Assembly: GCA_965203515.1 (NCBI GenBank)
Contig: OZ241907.1
Span: forward strand, 2,784,001-2,848,000
Direction: 5' to 3'
DNA length: 64,000 bases
DNA from: Spirochaetia bacterium
GTDB taxonomy: Bacteria; Spirochaetota; Spirochaetia; SZUA-6; Bin103
Each line of letters starts with the position of its first letter. Within the stretch, counting starts at the first letter, position 1. The notes under the pieces are model-generated. The model searched no databases, was not told the origin of the DNA, and saw nothing but the letters and a program-made list of their open reading frames with translations. Positions 40,475 through 49,985 of the stretch are shown here, piece by piece. The translations under genes and the position numbers were made by a program.

Positions 40475-41812
40475 GTGGCAGAGTTACGCATGCTCGTCTA
40501 CGCCGACCCTGGCGATCGGCGTGAGTTGGAGGCGCTGCTCGAGCGGCTCGCGGCGGCGGTCGGCGGCGACCGGTCGCTGAGCGCGGCGGTCGCGGGATTC
40601 ATCGCCGACGTGCGCCGCGACGGGGATGCGGCGCTGGTCGCGCACATGCGCGCGTTCAGCGATCCCGCCTTCGACGCGTCGATGCTGCGCGTGCCGCCGC
40701 AGGTGGTGCGCGCCGCGGTCGATCGGGTGGCTCCGGAGTTGCGCGCCGCCATGCAGCGCGCCATCGACCACGTGCGGCGCTATCAGGAGCACGTCGCGCC
40801 GGCCACGCCGCCGGCGACCGAGATCGACGGGGCGCGCCTGGGGCTGCGCGTCGAACCGGTCGGCTCGGTGGGGCTGCTGGTTCCCGGCGGCCGTGCCGCC
40901 TACCCGTCGACGCTGATCATGCTGGCGGTGCCGGCGCAGGTGGCGGGAGTCGAGCGCATCTGCCTGGCCACGCCGCCCCCGGATGTCGATCGCGATGCCG
41001 ACGCCGGTCGCTGCGCCGGCCCGCGCGGCATCGACGACAGCGTCCTGGCCGCCGCCGGCCTGCTCGGCATCGACGAGGTGTACTGCATCGGCGGCAGCCA
41101 CGCGGTGGCGGCGCTCGCCCACGGGACGCGGACCGTGGCGGCGGTCGACTTCATAGCCGGGCCCGGCAGCGTCTATGTACAGGAAGCGAAGCGGCAGCTC
41201 TTCGGCGCCGTGGGCGTCGACGGCCTCTACGGACCGAGCGAAATCGCGGTCCTGGCCGATCGGTCGGCCGACCCGGCCTGGATCGCCGCCGACGTCCTGG
41301 CGCAACTGGAGCACGATCCCGGTGCGGCGTTCGTGGTCTCGGCCCACCCCGAGGTCCTGAACCGCGTCCTCGCCGCGTTGGAGCGCCAGCTTCACGAACG
41401 GGGCCGGCAGGCGGCGATCGAGCGCGGCCTGCGCGAGTCGACCGCCTTCGTGCTGGCCTCCGGCGGCGATGAGGCGTGCGCGATCATGAACCGCATCGCC
41501 CCGGAGCACGCCGTGCTGGCGGTCGCCGATCCGCACGCCATGCTCGACCGCGTGCGCAACGCCGGCGCCTACTTTCTGGGCGGCGCGCCGGTGGCGAGCG
41601 GCGACTATTACGCGGGGCCGAGCCACTGCCTGCCGACCGGTTCCACCGCACGGTTCTCGTCCGGCTGCAGCGTCTCTACGTTCCTGCGCCGCGCCAGCGT
41701 CGAGGAGTATCCGCGCGGTATGGCGAGGCAGGCGATCGACGACATTGCGGTGCTGGCCGAGGCGGAGGGGCTCGACGGGCACGCCGCCAGCGTGCGCGTC
41801 CGCGGCGACTGA
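40475..41812 (+). CDS. hisD: Histidinol dehydrogenase
   Basis: VPGGRAAYPST, GPG, GPSEI, QLEHD, APEH, GDYYAGPSHCLPT, EGLDGHA; start GTG 40475 or ATG 40490. Confidence 0.9.
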   Translation: MAELRMLVYADPGDRRELEALLERLAAAVGGDRSLSAAVAGFIADVRRDGDAALVAHMRAFSDPAFDASMLRVPPQVVRAAVDRVAPELRAAMQRAIDHVRRYQEHVAPATPPATEIDGARLGLRVEPVGSVGLLVPGGRAAYPSTLIMLAVPAQVAGVERICLATPPPDVDRDADAGRCAGPRGIDDSVLAAAGLLGIDEVYCIGGSHAVAALAHGTRTVAAVDFIAGPGSVYVQEAKRQLFGAVGVDGLYGPSEIAVLADRSADPAWIAADVLAQLEHDPGAAFVVSAHPEVLNRVLAALERQLHERGRQAAIERGLRESTAFVLASGGDEACAIMNRIAPEHAVLAVADPHAMLDRVRNAGAYFLGGAPVASGDYYAGPSHCLPTGSTARFSSGCSVSTFLRRASVEEYPRGMARQAIDDIAVLAEAEGLDGHAASVRVRGD

Positions 41813-41829
41813 GCCGTCCCGGCCGGCGG

Positions 41830-42528
41830 TCAGCCGGCCGGTTGCGGCGCCAGGGGCGCCGGCTCGTTCGGCCGCGCCAGAATCTTGGATGCGGCCTGCG
41901 TGCCGATGGTCACCGTGCCGCTGTCGGTGCGGAGCGTCACGGCGTCGGCGGCGCGATCGATCGCGTCGACCGTGACCCGGTTGCCGGGGTGCAGGCCGCT
42001 GCGGTGCACGAATTGCAGGAACTCGGGGTCCTGATCGGTCACCCGCGCGACGCGCAGCTCGACCCGCTCGGACTGTTCCATGAGGCTGCCGAAGACGGTC
42101 TGATCGATCTGACCGCGATGAGTCGGGATCGGGTCGCCGTGCGGGTCGACGGTGGGGTGATTCAGGAGCGCGTCGATACGGTCGAGCACCAGGTCGGAAA
42201 TGGCGTGCTCCAGGCTGTCGGCTTCGCGGTGCACTTCCGACCAGTCGAGACCGAGCACCTCCACCAGGAACAGCTCCACCAGCCGGTGGCGGCGCAGGAC
42301 GTCGAGCGCCAGCGACTCGCCGGGCTCGGTCAGGCGGCTGCCGTTACGTGGTTCGTATTCGATCAGGCCAAGGCCGGCCAGGGTCTTCATCATGGAGGTG
42401 GCGGTGCCGGGCGATACGTCCATCGCCTCGGCGATCCGGCCCATCGGCAGAAACCCCTCCGGCCGCTCGCGATGGCGCAGGTAGATCGCCTTGACGTAGT
42501 TCTCGACGGTGCTGGAGTAGGCGCTCAC
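41830..42528 (-). CDS. DtxR/MntR-family metal-dependent regulator with FeoA domain
   Basis: ENYVKAIY, RRHRLVELFL, EVHREADSLEH, DPHGDPIP. Confidence 0.93.
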   Translation of the reverse strand: MSAYSSTVENYVKAIYLRHRERPEGFLPMGRIAEAMDVSPGTATSMMKTLAGLGLIEYEPRNGSRLTEPGESLALDVLRRHRLVELFLVEVLGLDWSEVHREADSLEHAISDLVLDRIDALLNHPTVDPHGDPIPTHRGQIDQTVFGSLMEQSERVELRVARVTDQDPEFLQFVHRSGLHPGNRVTVDAIDRAADAVTLRTDSGTVTIGTQAASKILARPNEPAPLAPQPAG

Positions 42529-43310
42529 GGCTTCGGGTTGGCGGCGCGGGCGGCGCCGGTGGTCATGCCGCCGTCGACCAGCAGGATCTGGCCGGTGACG
42601 TAGGAGGATTCCTCGGAGGCCAGAAAGACCACCGCGCCGTCCAGATCCGCAGGGGCGCCGAGCCGCTTCAGCGGGATGCGATCGATGATGTAGTCGCGCC
42701 ACTCGGCGTCCCGGAAGAGGACCTCGGTCTGCGCGGTGTGAAACCAGCCGGGGGCCAGGCAGTTCACGGTGATCCCGTGCGGGCCGAGCGTGTCGGCCAG
42801 CGCCCGCGACATCTGCAGCACGCCGCCGCGGCTCGCCACGTAGGGGACGACGGCGCCGAAGCCGAACACGCTGGTGACCGATCCGATGTTGATCACGCGG
42901 CCGTACCCGCGTTCGATCATCGCCGGCGCGAACGCCTGCGTGACGAAGAAGGCGCCGCGCAGATTGGTCTCCAGGACGGTGTTCCAGTCGTTCCAGGTCG
43001 TATCCAGGAACGGCTTGCGGACGTTGCAGCCGGCGTTGTTGACCAGGACGTCCACGGCGCCCACGTCCTGCGTCACCGCCTGTCCGAAGGCACGCACGCT
43101 CGCTTCGGACCGGACGTCGAGCGAGTAGGCGCGCGCCGCGCCGCCCAAAGCGCGGACCTGCTCGATGGTGTCGGCGCAGTCGCGGGCGTCGCGCGCGGTG
43201 ATCACCAGCGATGCCCCGGCGCGAGCCAGCGCCTTGCTCATGTAGCTGCCGAGCCCGCGGCTGGCGCCGGTCACTGCCGCGGTGCGGCCGGTCAGGTCGA
43301 ACGAACTCAC
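42525..43310 (-). CDS. SDR-family oxidoreductase
   Basis: VTGASRGLG, LVNNAG, YVASR, VNCLAPGWF, VDGG. Confidence 0.93.
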   Translation of the reverse strand: MSSFDLTGRTAAVTGASRGLGSYMSKALARAGASLVITARDARDCADTIEQVRALGGAARAYSLDVRSEASVRAFGQAVTQDVGAVDVLVNNAGCNVRKPFLDTTWNDWNTVLETNLRGAFFVTQAFAPAMIERGYGRVINIGSVTSVFGFGAVVPYVASRGGVLQMSRALADTLGPHGITVNCLAPGWFHTAQTEVLFRDAEWRDYIIDRIPLKRLGAPADLDGAVVFLASEESSYVTGQILLVDGGMTTGAARAANPKP

Positions 43311-43774
43311 CGGCCGCCCCCGGCGGCCATCTCCAGTGCCGCCAGCGCCGCCTCTCGCCCCCGATTCACCGTGCCGCCGGCGCGCGCCATCGCCTGTCGA
43401 CGATCGTTCGCGCTGACCACGCCAAACAGGATCGGCACGCCGGTGGCGAGCGCCACCTGCATGATGCCGGCGGCGACCGCGTGCGCCACCAGCTCGTCGT
43501 GATTCGTTTCGCCCTTGATGATGCACCCCACGCAGATGACGGCGCTCACGCCCCCGGCCTGCGCCAGCCGTTGCGCCGCCAGCGGCAGCTCGAACGAGCC
43601 GGGGACCCACGCCACCCGCACGTCTTGGGCGCTGACGCCGTGTTCGGTGAGCGCTGCGGTCGCGCCGTCGACCAGCCGCTGGCTGATCTCATGGTTGTAG
43701 CGACCGGCGGCGATGGCGAAGCGCCGGCCGGCGCCGTCCAGCACGGCAGCCGGAGCGGGGGCGGCGGCTTTCAT
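43307..43774 (-). CDS. ribH: 6,7-dimethyl-8-ribityllumazine synthase
   Basis: WVPGSFELP, GCIIKGETNH, PILFGV, NRGREAA. Confidence 0.95.
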   Translation of the reverse strand: MKAAAPAPAAVLDGAGRRFAIAAGRYNHEISQRLVDGATAALTEHGVSAQDVRVAWVPGSFELPLAAQRLAQAGGVSAVICVGCIIKGETNHDELVAHAVAAGIMQVALATGVPILFGVVSANDRRQAMARAGGTVNRGREAALAALEMAAGGGR

Positions 43775-45006
43775 GAAGCGAGCTGCGCGACGTGCAGCAT
43801 CGGCACCCGCAGGCGCGCCGCCAGCCGCGACAGGCCGGCCCGGCGCGCCATGCCGCCGTCGTCGTCCAGTACCGGGCAGATCGCCGCCGCCGCCGGCAGC
43901 CCGGCGCGCGCGGCCAACGCCACGGCCGCTTCGGTATGGCCGGGACGTGCGGCTACCCCGCCCGGATCGGCGACCAGGGGAAAGACGTGGCCGGGGCGGG
44001 CGAAGTCGGCGGGGGCCGCCCGCGGGTCGGCGACCGCCCGCAGCGTGGCCGCGCGGTCGTGGGCGGACTCGCCGGTGGTGGTGCCGCGCACCGCATCGAT
44101 GGAGACGGTGAAGCGGGTGCCGTGCAACGCCGTGTTGACCGGCGACATCGGCGCAAGCTCCAGTCGCTCGGCCCGCTCGGCGGTGATCGCCGCGCACAGC
44201 ACGCCGCTGGCCTGCCGCAGCATGTGCGTGACGATGCGCGGCGTGATCAACGCCGCGGCCGCCACCAGGTCGCCCTCGTTCTCCCGATCGACGTCGTCGA
44301 TCATCAGCACCATCCGGCCGCCGGCGATCGCCTGCGCGGCTTCGGCGACGCTGGCCATGGCGGAGACCGGCCCGCCGCCGTCGCGGTCCGTCCCGTCATC
44401 GACCGCAGCCGCCCGATGCGCGCCGGCCAGCCGCTCCACGTACTTGGCGATCACGTCGATCTCCACGTTGACCGGCTCGCCTACCCGACGGTCGGTAAGC
44501 GCGGTCGCGCGCGCGGTGTGCGGGATGATCGAGAAGCCGGCGCGGTCGTCCTGCAGGCCGGCGACCGTGAGGCTGACCCCATCGATGGCGATCGACCCTT
44601 CCGGTACGACGTAGGGCAACAGGACCGGCGGCAGACGGACCTCCAGCCAGCGCGCGGCCCCGAGCTGCTCCCACCGCGTGACCGTGGCGGTGTCGTTGAC
44701 GTGGCCTTGCACCAGGTGGCCGTCGACGCGCGTGCCGAAGGCCAGCGGACGCTCCAGGTTGACCCGCCGGCCGATGGCGAACGAGCCGAGCGTAGTCTTG
44801 CGCAGAGTCGCGCCCACGCTGTCGATGGTGAACGTCCGGTCGTCGATGGCGATCACGGTCTGGCAGACGCCGTCGACGGCGATCGACGCACCCACCCCGG
44901 CGCCGGCCAGCACCGTGCGGGCGCCGATGGTCATGCGCACCGCGTCCGCGGCGCGACGGGTGAGAGCGGTGACGACGCCGACTTCCTCTACGATACCGCT
45001 GAACAT
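43771..45006 (-). CDS. Fused riboflavin synthase (alpha) and DHBP synthase (RibE-RibB)
   Basis: N-half MFSGIVEE, SIAVDGVCQT, GHLVQGHV, IIPHT, NVEIDVIAKY; C-half RENEGD, FTVSID, RPGHVFPL, GHTEA, all in one frame. Confidence 0.9.
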   Translation of the reverse strand: MFSGIVEEVGVVTALTRRAADAVRMTIGARTVLAGAGVGASIAVDGVCQTVIAIDDRTFTIDSVGATLRKTTLGSFAIGRRVNLERPLAFGTRVDGHLVQGHVNDTATVTRWEQLGAARWLEVRLPPVLLPYVVPEGSIAIDGVSLTVAGLQDDRAGFSIIPHTARATALTDRRVGEPVNVEIDVIAKYVERLAGAHRAAAVDDGTDRDGGGPVSAMASVAEAAQAIAGGRMVLMIDDVDRENEGDLVAAAALITPRIVTHMLRQASGVLCAAITAERAERLELAPMSPVNTALHGTRFTVSIDAVRGTTTGESAHDRAATLRAVADPRAAPADFARPGHVFPLVADPGGVAARPGHTEAAVALAARAGLPAAAAICPVLDDDGGMARRAGLSRLAARLRVPMLHVAQLAS

Positions 45007-46172
45007 TCCGCTTCCTGCCGTTGCGCGCCGGGGAGCGACCCGTTGCCGGCGAGTCCGAGGGTGGCGGCGAGCGAGCGATAGCCGGTGATGACCGCCTGAT
45101 CGTTGATCTGCCGGTGGCTGACGCGCTCCAGGCGCAGCGCGTCGACCAGACGGCCGTTGCCCAGGTCACCCACGGCGTCGGTTCCGGCGCCGATGACGAT
45201 CGGCGCCACCACCACGACCAGCCGGTCGAACAGCCGCTGCCGGATCAGCTCGGTGTGCAGCGCCGCGCCGCCCTCCACCAGTACCGAGGTGACCCCCGCT
45301 CCCGCCAGGGCGGCGAGCGCCCGATCGAGCGCGACGCGCCCGCCGTCGGCGCTGCGCACCACCGCGACGCGCGCGCCCGCGCCCTCCAGGGCCGCCCGCG
45401 CGCGGCGGTCGTGCCGGTCGGTCGTGAACACCAGCGGCCGGCGCTCGCCGGCCGTCAGCCGCGCCGCCGGCGGCAGGCGCAGCGTCGAGTCGATGACCAC
45501 CGGCAGCGGCTGGCGGTCGCGCAGCGGCGCGGCGAGCCGTACCGTCAGCTCGGGGTCGTCGGCCAGAGCGGTGCCGACGCCGACCATGATCGCGTCATGT
45601 CCGGCCCGCAGCTCGTGGGTCATCACCCGCGCGTCGCGGTCGGAAATCCAGCGGGAATCTCCGCCCGCAGTGGCGATCCGGCCGTCGATCGACTGGGCGA
45701 TCTTCAGGGTGACGAACGGCATGCCGGTGCGGTGGAACTTGAAGTGCACGACGTTCAGGCGCGCCGCCTCGTCCTCCAGCACCCCTTCGACCACCTCGAT
45801 TCCCGCGTCGCGCAACAGGCGAACTCCGGCGCCGTCGACCTTCGGGTGCGGGTCGGCGGTGGCGATCACCACCCGGCGCACCCCTTCGCGGATGATCCGC
45901 TGCGCGCATGGCGGCGTGTGCTTGCCGACGCCGGTCCAGCAGCAGGGCTCCAGGTTGGTGTAGAGGGTGGCGCCGACAGCGCCGCCCGCGCGGGCGGCCC
46001 GGTCCAGCGCGACCGCTTCGGCATGGTCGCCGCGTTCGTTGAGGTGGCCTTCACCGACGATCCGGCCGTCGCGGACGACCAGAGCGCCGGTCAGCGGATT
46101 GGGTGAGGTGCGCCACGCTCCGTGGCGGGCCAGTTTCAGCGCCCGGCGCATCAGCCCCTCGTGGTCATCCAT
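44988..46172 (-). CDS. ribD: Bifunctional pyrimidine deaminase/reductase RibD
   Basis: TSPNP, HAE, NLEPCC...TPPC, KIAQSIDG, SRWIS, DDPELT, VEGG. Confidence 0.96.
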   Translation of the reverse strand: MDDHEGLMRRALKLARHGAWRTSPNPLTGALVVRDGRIVGEGHLNERGDHAEAVALDRAARAGGAVGATLYTNLEPCCWTGVGKHTPPCAQRIIREGVRRVVIATADPHPKVDGAGVRLLRDAGIEVVEGVLEDEAARLNVVHFKFHRTGMPFVTLKIAQSIDGRIATAGGDSRWISDRDARVMTHELRAGHDAIMVGVGTALADDPELTVRLAAPLRDRQPLPVVIDSTLRLPPAARLTAGERRPLVFTTDRHDRRARAALEGAGARVAVVRSADGGRVALDRALAALAGAGVTSVLVEGGAALHTELIRQRLFDRLVVVVAPIVIGAGTDAVGDLGNGRLVDALRLERVSHRQINDQAVITGYRSLAATLGLAGNGSLPGAQRQEAECSAVS

Positions 46173-46259
46173 CCCATTGCTCGTCGAGGGGCGCGCGTTA
46201 CCGCAGAAGCGGACCGGGACCCGGCTCGCGCGCAGGACGCACGCAGCCCGCCCGGCTCG

Positions 46260-46400
46260 AACTTCTCCCATCCGGACTGTACCGTCGGCACCGGAATTCC
46301 ACCGGTTCCTGCTCAGGCTCGTGCGAGCCAGAGCTCACGGGCTGTCACCGTCGGTCTGGAATAGGCGCCGGTTTCAGGCGCCGCACCATGCCCCGAAGTT
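46260..46400 (-). ncRNA. FMN riboswitch (RFN element) with an inserted hairpin
   Basis: Minus strand CTTCGGGGCATGGTG...ATTCCAGACCGACGGTGACAGCCCGTGAG...CCGGTGGAATTCCGGTGCCGACGGTACAGTCCGGATGGGAGAAG, upstream of ribD. Confidence 0.93.
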
Positions 46401-46417
46401 CTTCTCTCTGGCGGACG

Positions 46418-46447
46418 AGACTACCCCCGGGCCGGCGCCGGTGTCAA
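46418..46447 (-). promoter_or_regulatory. sigma70 promoter of the rib operon
   Basis: TTGACA-18 nt-TAGTCT upstream of the riboswitch. Confidence 0.7.
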
Positions 46448-46474
46448 ATGCCGCCGCTCGGCGACGATGCGGCG

Positions 46475-47197
46475 TCACAGCATCGCCCGGCGGCCAAAGG
46501 CGAGCGTCATGGGGTCGCCGATCGGCACCGGCCCGCGCATCAGGTACGGCTCGCCGTAGTCGACGCCGATCAGCGAACCGTAGTAGCGATGCCGTCCTTC
46601 CCATGCCTCCAGATAGCCGGGCGAGGAGATGGCGGTATCCGGCTCCCCGCGTTGCGGGTCATGGAGCTGCGACCGATAGCAGGCGGCGGCGCGGCGCTTG
46701 CGCTCCCAGTGCTCGCTGACGTCCACCACCAGCGACGGCCGGAACTGATAGCGGCTCATGTAGTGCAGCATCGCTTCGGGCCGATGCGGCGCGCCGCGGC
46801 CGGGATGCTTGCCGACCCCGGCGAACCACCACGCCTCCTTGGCCAGCAGGCTGGCGTTGGCGTGGTCGGGGTGATGGTCCTCCCAATACGGCCCGATCAG
46901 CAGTCGCGGCCGGTGCTCGCGGATCACCTCGAGCAGCCGCACCCGGTGTTCCAGCGTACAGGTCACCGCGCCGTCGGGGAGCTCGAGGTTGACGCGCTCG
47001 TCCAGACCCAGGACCGCCGAGGCGGCGGCCGCTTCCCGGTCGCGTTCGGCCGCGGTGCCGCGCGTCCCCGCCTCTCCCCGGGTCAGGTCGCACACGCCGA
47101 TCGACGCGCCTCCCGCCTTGGCGCGCAACAGCAGCCCGGCGCAGGTCAGCTCGGCGTCATCGGGGTGCGCGCAGACCGCCAGCACGTCGAGGGGCAT
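46475..47197 (-). CDS. bshB1: BshB1-like PIG-L family deacetylase
   Basis: AHPDDAEL, DLTRGEAGTRGT, HHPDH, YRSQ, RYYGSLIGV.YGEP. Confidence 0.82.
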   Translation of the reverse strand: MPLDVLAVCAHPDDAELTCAGLLLRAKAGGASIGVCDLTRGEAGTRGTAAERDREAAAASAVLGLDERVNLELPDGAVTCTLEHRVRLLEVIREHRPRLLIGPYWEDHHPDHANASLLAKEAWWFAGVGKHPGRGAPHRPEAMLHYMSRYQFRPSLVVDVSEHWERKRRAAACYRSQLHDPQRGEPDTAISSPGYLEAWEGRHRYYGSLIGVDYGEPYLMRGPVPIGDPMTLAFGRRAML

Positions 47198-47264
47198 CGG
47201 CGGATCATACGCCGCGGGCCGGCAGGCGGCGAGCCCGGACCCCGGTCTGTGGCATAATCCCGCC

Positions 47265-47633
47265 GTGCCGTGGCGCAGGCTGCTGTTTCTGGTCGTACTC
47301 GCCCTGGTGGTGATTCTGCTCGCCGACAACATGGAGAACCGGGCGTCGTTTTCGTTCGTCTTCGCCCGATTGGACGAGGTGCCGATCTTCATGGCGTTGC
47401 TGGTCGCCTTCATCGTCGGCGCGCTGACCATGCTGCCGCTCACCACCGGCCGGCACGGTCCGAGCCGGAGTGAGCGACGGACGGCCGACGCGGGCCGGCC
47501 GCAGCCGGACCCGAACCCGGAACCGCACCGGCCCTCCCCCCGGATCGACGTACCGCAGGACGCGCCGTCGGATGCCGGCCGGCCCGGCAAGAAGCGAAAA
47601 CCGCGCCGGCGGCGGCGCGATCGACGGCAATAA
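47265..47633 (+). CDS. LapA-family small membrane protein with a basic tail
   Basis: Two TMs flanking N.ENRASFSF...VPIF; K/R-rich C-terminus. Confidence 0.7.
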   Translation: MPWRRLLFLVVLALVVILLADNMENRASFSFVFARLDEVPIFMALLVAFIVGALTMLPLTTGRHGPSRSERRTADAGRPQPDPNPEPHRPSPRIDVPQDAPSDAGRPGKKRKPRRRRRDRRQ

Positions 47634-47687
47634 GCCGCCGGAGCGCTTGCGCTACGCCGCGCTGCCGCTCAAGAATCTGCCTTCCCC

Positions 47688-49985
47688 GTGGAACAGCGCC
47701 AAGGGTCCGACGCGCACCCGATGCAGCGCCGATTGCCCGCCGGGCTCGCAAAGCGCGCCCGCGCCGAAGGCGTCGATGCCGATGCCGCCCTGCTGGTAGC
47801 GCAAACCGACCTCAATCTGTCCGGCGCCTACGAAACGGTCTATCTGGTGGTCGAGCGGGACCGCCTCACCACCGTCGGCGCGCCCGCCGGCGGCGGCACG
47901 GTGACGCGCGTCACCGTCGCCCGCGACGAGATACACGATATCGGCACCCGTTCCGGGGTCGGCGGCGGCTTCCTGGAGGCGGTGATCGAGGATGCCGCGG
48001 TCGAGATACTGGCCTACTCGAACCGTTCGGCGCCGCTGTTCCAGCGGGTGGCGGCCAAGCTGCAGGCATGGGTCGCCGGCGAGCCGCCGGAGGTGGGCCC
48101 GGAGGACCGGGAGGAGCCCGACAGGTGCCCGACCTGCGGCATCAGGCTGGAGGCGCCCGGCGAGGCGTGCCGGCGGTGTCTGAGCCCAGCCAGTCTGCTC
48201 GCCCGGGTGCTGCTGCTCATGCGTCCCTACGCCGGCCGGGCCGCGCTGATGATGGGGCTGGTGCTGGTCTCGATCGGCGCGACGCTGCTGCCGCCACAGC
48301 TCATCAGGGTGATCACCGACCGCGTGCTGGTCCCCGGACAGGCGGACAACCCGGTGCTGCCGGATGCCGATGCGATCGCGCTGCTGGTGCGGCTGGTCGC
48401 CCTGCTGCTGGCCGCCTACCTCGCCGACGGCATCGTGCAGTCGATCCAGCTGCGACTGAGCAGCACCATCGGCACGCAGATCACCTACGACCTGCGCTCC
48501 AAGCTGTTCGGCCACCTGACCAGGCTGTCGATCTCCTACTACGACCGCTACAGCACCGGGCAGCTCATGAGCCGCGTCGTGAACGATACCGAGCAGCTCA
48601 AGGGGCTGATCGAGCAGGCCACCGGCGGGTTCGTGGCGCAGATCATCATGGTGGTCGCCGTCGGCCTGATGTTGTTCAGCCTGAACTGGCAACTGGCGCT
48701 CGTGACCCTGGTGCCGGCGCCGTTCGTGGTAGCCGCCGCGGTCTGGTTCTGGCGCCGCATCTATCCTCGCTATTACCGGATCTGGGACGCGCGCAGCAAG
48801 CTCAACGGCGCGCTCAACTCCATCCTGAACGGCATCCGCGTGGTCAAGGCGTTCGGCCAGGAGCGACGCGAAGTCGCGCGCTTCCGCCGCACCTCCGGCT
48901 ACCTGCGCGACAGCTTCCGCGGCGTGGAATACATGACCGCGACGTTTCAGCCCGGCATGGCGGTGCTGTTCCAGCTCGGCGGCATCCTGGTCTGGTTCAT
49001 CGGCGGCCGCCGCGTGCTGAACGACGTGATGACGTTGGGCACGCTCACGGCGTTCCTTGCCTATCTGGGAATGTTCTACGTGCCGCTTCGGCAGATCACC
49101 CGCATGACCAACTGGCTGACCAGCTTCCTGTCGGCGGCGCAGCGCACGTTCGAGATTCTCGATACGCAGCCGCTGATCCTGGAGTCCGCCGACACCCGGC
49201 CGATCCCCGCGGCGCCGGCGGCGTCGGTCCGGTTCGACCACGTCGATTTCGCCTACGAGCGCAACGAACGGGTGGTCACGGACCTGAGCTTCGAGGTGCG
49301 TCCGGGTGAGCACCTGGGCGTGGTCGGCAAGAGCGGCTCCGGCAAGACCACCCTCATCAACCTGATCGCCCGGTTCTACGACGTCACGGCCGGGTCCGTC
49401 GCCATCAATGGCGTCGACGTGCGGAGGATGCCGCTGCCGGAGCTGCGCCGGTACGTCGGCGTCGTGCTGCAGGAGTCGTTCCTGTTCCGCGGGACGATCT
49501 ACGACAACCTGACCTACGGCAACCCGGAGGTGAGCTTCGACGCCGTGGTCGAGGCGGCCAAGGCCGCCAACGCGCACGAGTTCATCATGCAGAAGCCGCT
49601 CGGCTACGACACCTACATCGGCGAGCGCGGCGCCGGGCTGTCCGGCGGGCAGCGGCAGCGCGTGTCGATCGCGCGCGCGTTGCTCTACGATCCCAAGCTG
49701 CTGATCCTGGACGAGGCGACCAGCAGCGTCGATACCGAATCCGAACATCTGATCAAGGAGGCGCTGGACCGGATCACCGAAGGGCGCACCACGATCGCGA
49801 TCGCCCATCGGCTGAGTACGCTGAAGAACTGCGATCGGATCGTCGTGCTCGAAGGCGGGCGGCTGCGCGAGGAGGGCACGCACGACGAGCTGGTGAACCG
49901 GCGCGGCATCTACTACCGCCTGGTCAAGATACAGACCGATCTGGCGCGTGACGCCGCGGTCGAGTTGCTGGAGGCGAGCCGATGA
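47688..49985 (+). CDS. ABC exporter (TMD-NBD) with extra N-terminal domain and CxxC..CxxC motif
   Basis: CPTC...CRRC; GKSGSGKTT, LSGGQRQR, LDEATSSVD, IAHRLST. Confidence 0.92.
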   Translation: MEQRQGSDAHPMQRRLPAGLAKRARAEGVDADAALLVAQTDLNLSGAYETVYLVVERDRLTTVGAPAGGGTVTRVTVARDEIHDIGTRSGVGGGFLEAVIEDAAVEILAYSNRSAPLFQRVAAKLQAWVAGEPPEVGPEDREEPDRCPTCGIRLEAPGEACRRCLSPASLLARVLLLMRPYAGRAALMMGLVLVSIGATLLPPQLIRVITDRVLVPGQADNPVLPDADAIALLVRLVALLLAAYLADGIVQSIQLRLSSTIGTQITYDLRSKLFGHLTRLSISYYDRYSTGQLMSRVVNDTEQLKGLIEQATGGFVAQIIMVVAVGLMLFSLNWQLALVTLVPAPFVVAAAVWFWRRIYPRYYRIWDARSKLNGALNSILNGIRVVKAFGQERREVARFRRTSGYLRDSFRGVEYMTATFQPGMAVLFQLGGILVWFIGGRRVLNDVMTLGTLTAFLAYLGMFYVPLRQITRMTNWLTSFLSAAQRTFEILDTQPLILESADTRPIPAAPAASVRFDHVDFAYERNERVVTDLSFEVRPGEHLGVVGKSGSGKTTLINLIARFYDVTAGSVAINGVDVRRMPLPELRRYVGVVLQESFLFRGTIYDNLTYGNPEVSFDAVVEAAKAANAHEFIMQKPLGYDTYIGERGAGLSGGQRQRVSIARALLYDPKLLILDEATSSVDTESEHLIKEALDRITEGRTTIAIAHRLSTLKNCDRIVVLEGGRLREEGTHDELVNRRGIYYRLVKIQTDLARDAAVELLEASR

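Noticed and set aside
40475..41812. Stand-alone hisD as a sulfopropanediol dehydrogenase (HpsN)
   Set aside because: HisD motifs look conventional and no sulfonate genes are adjacent; cannot be distinguished without a phylogeny
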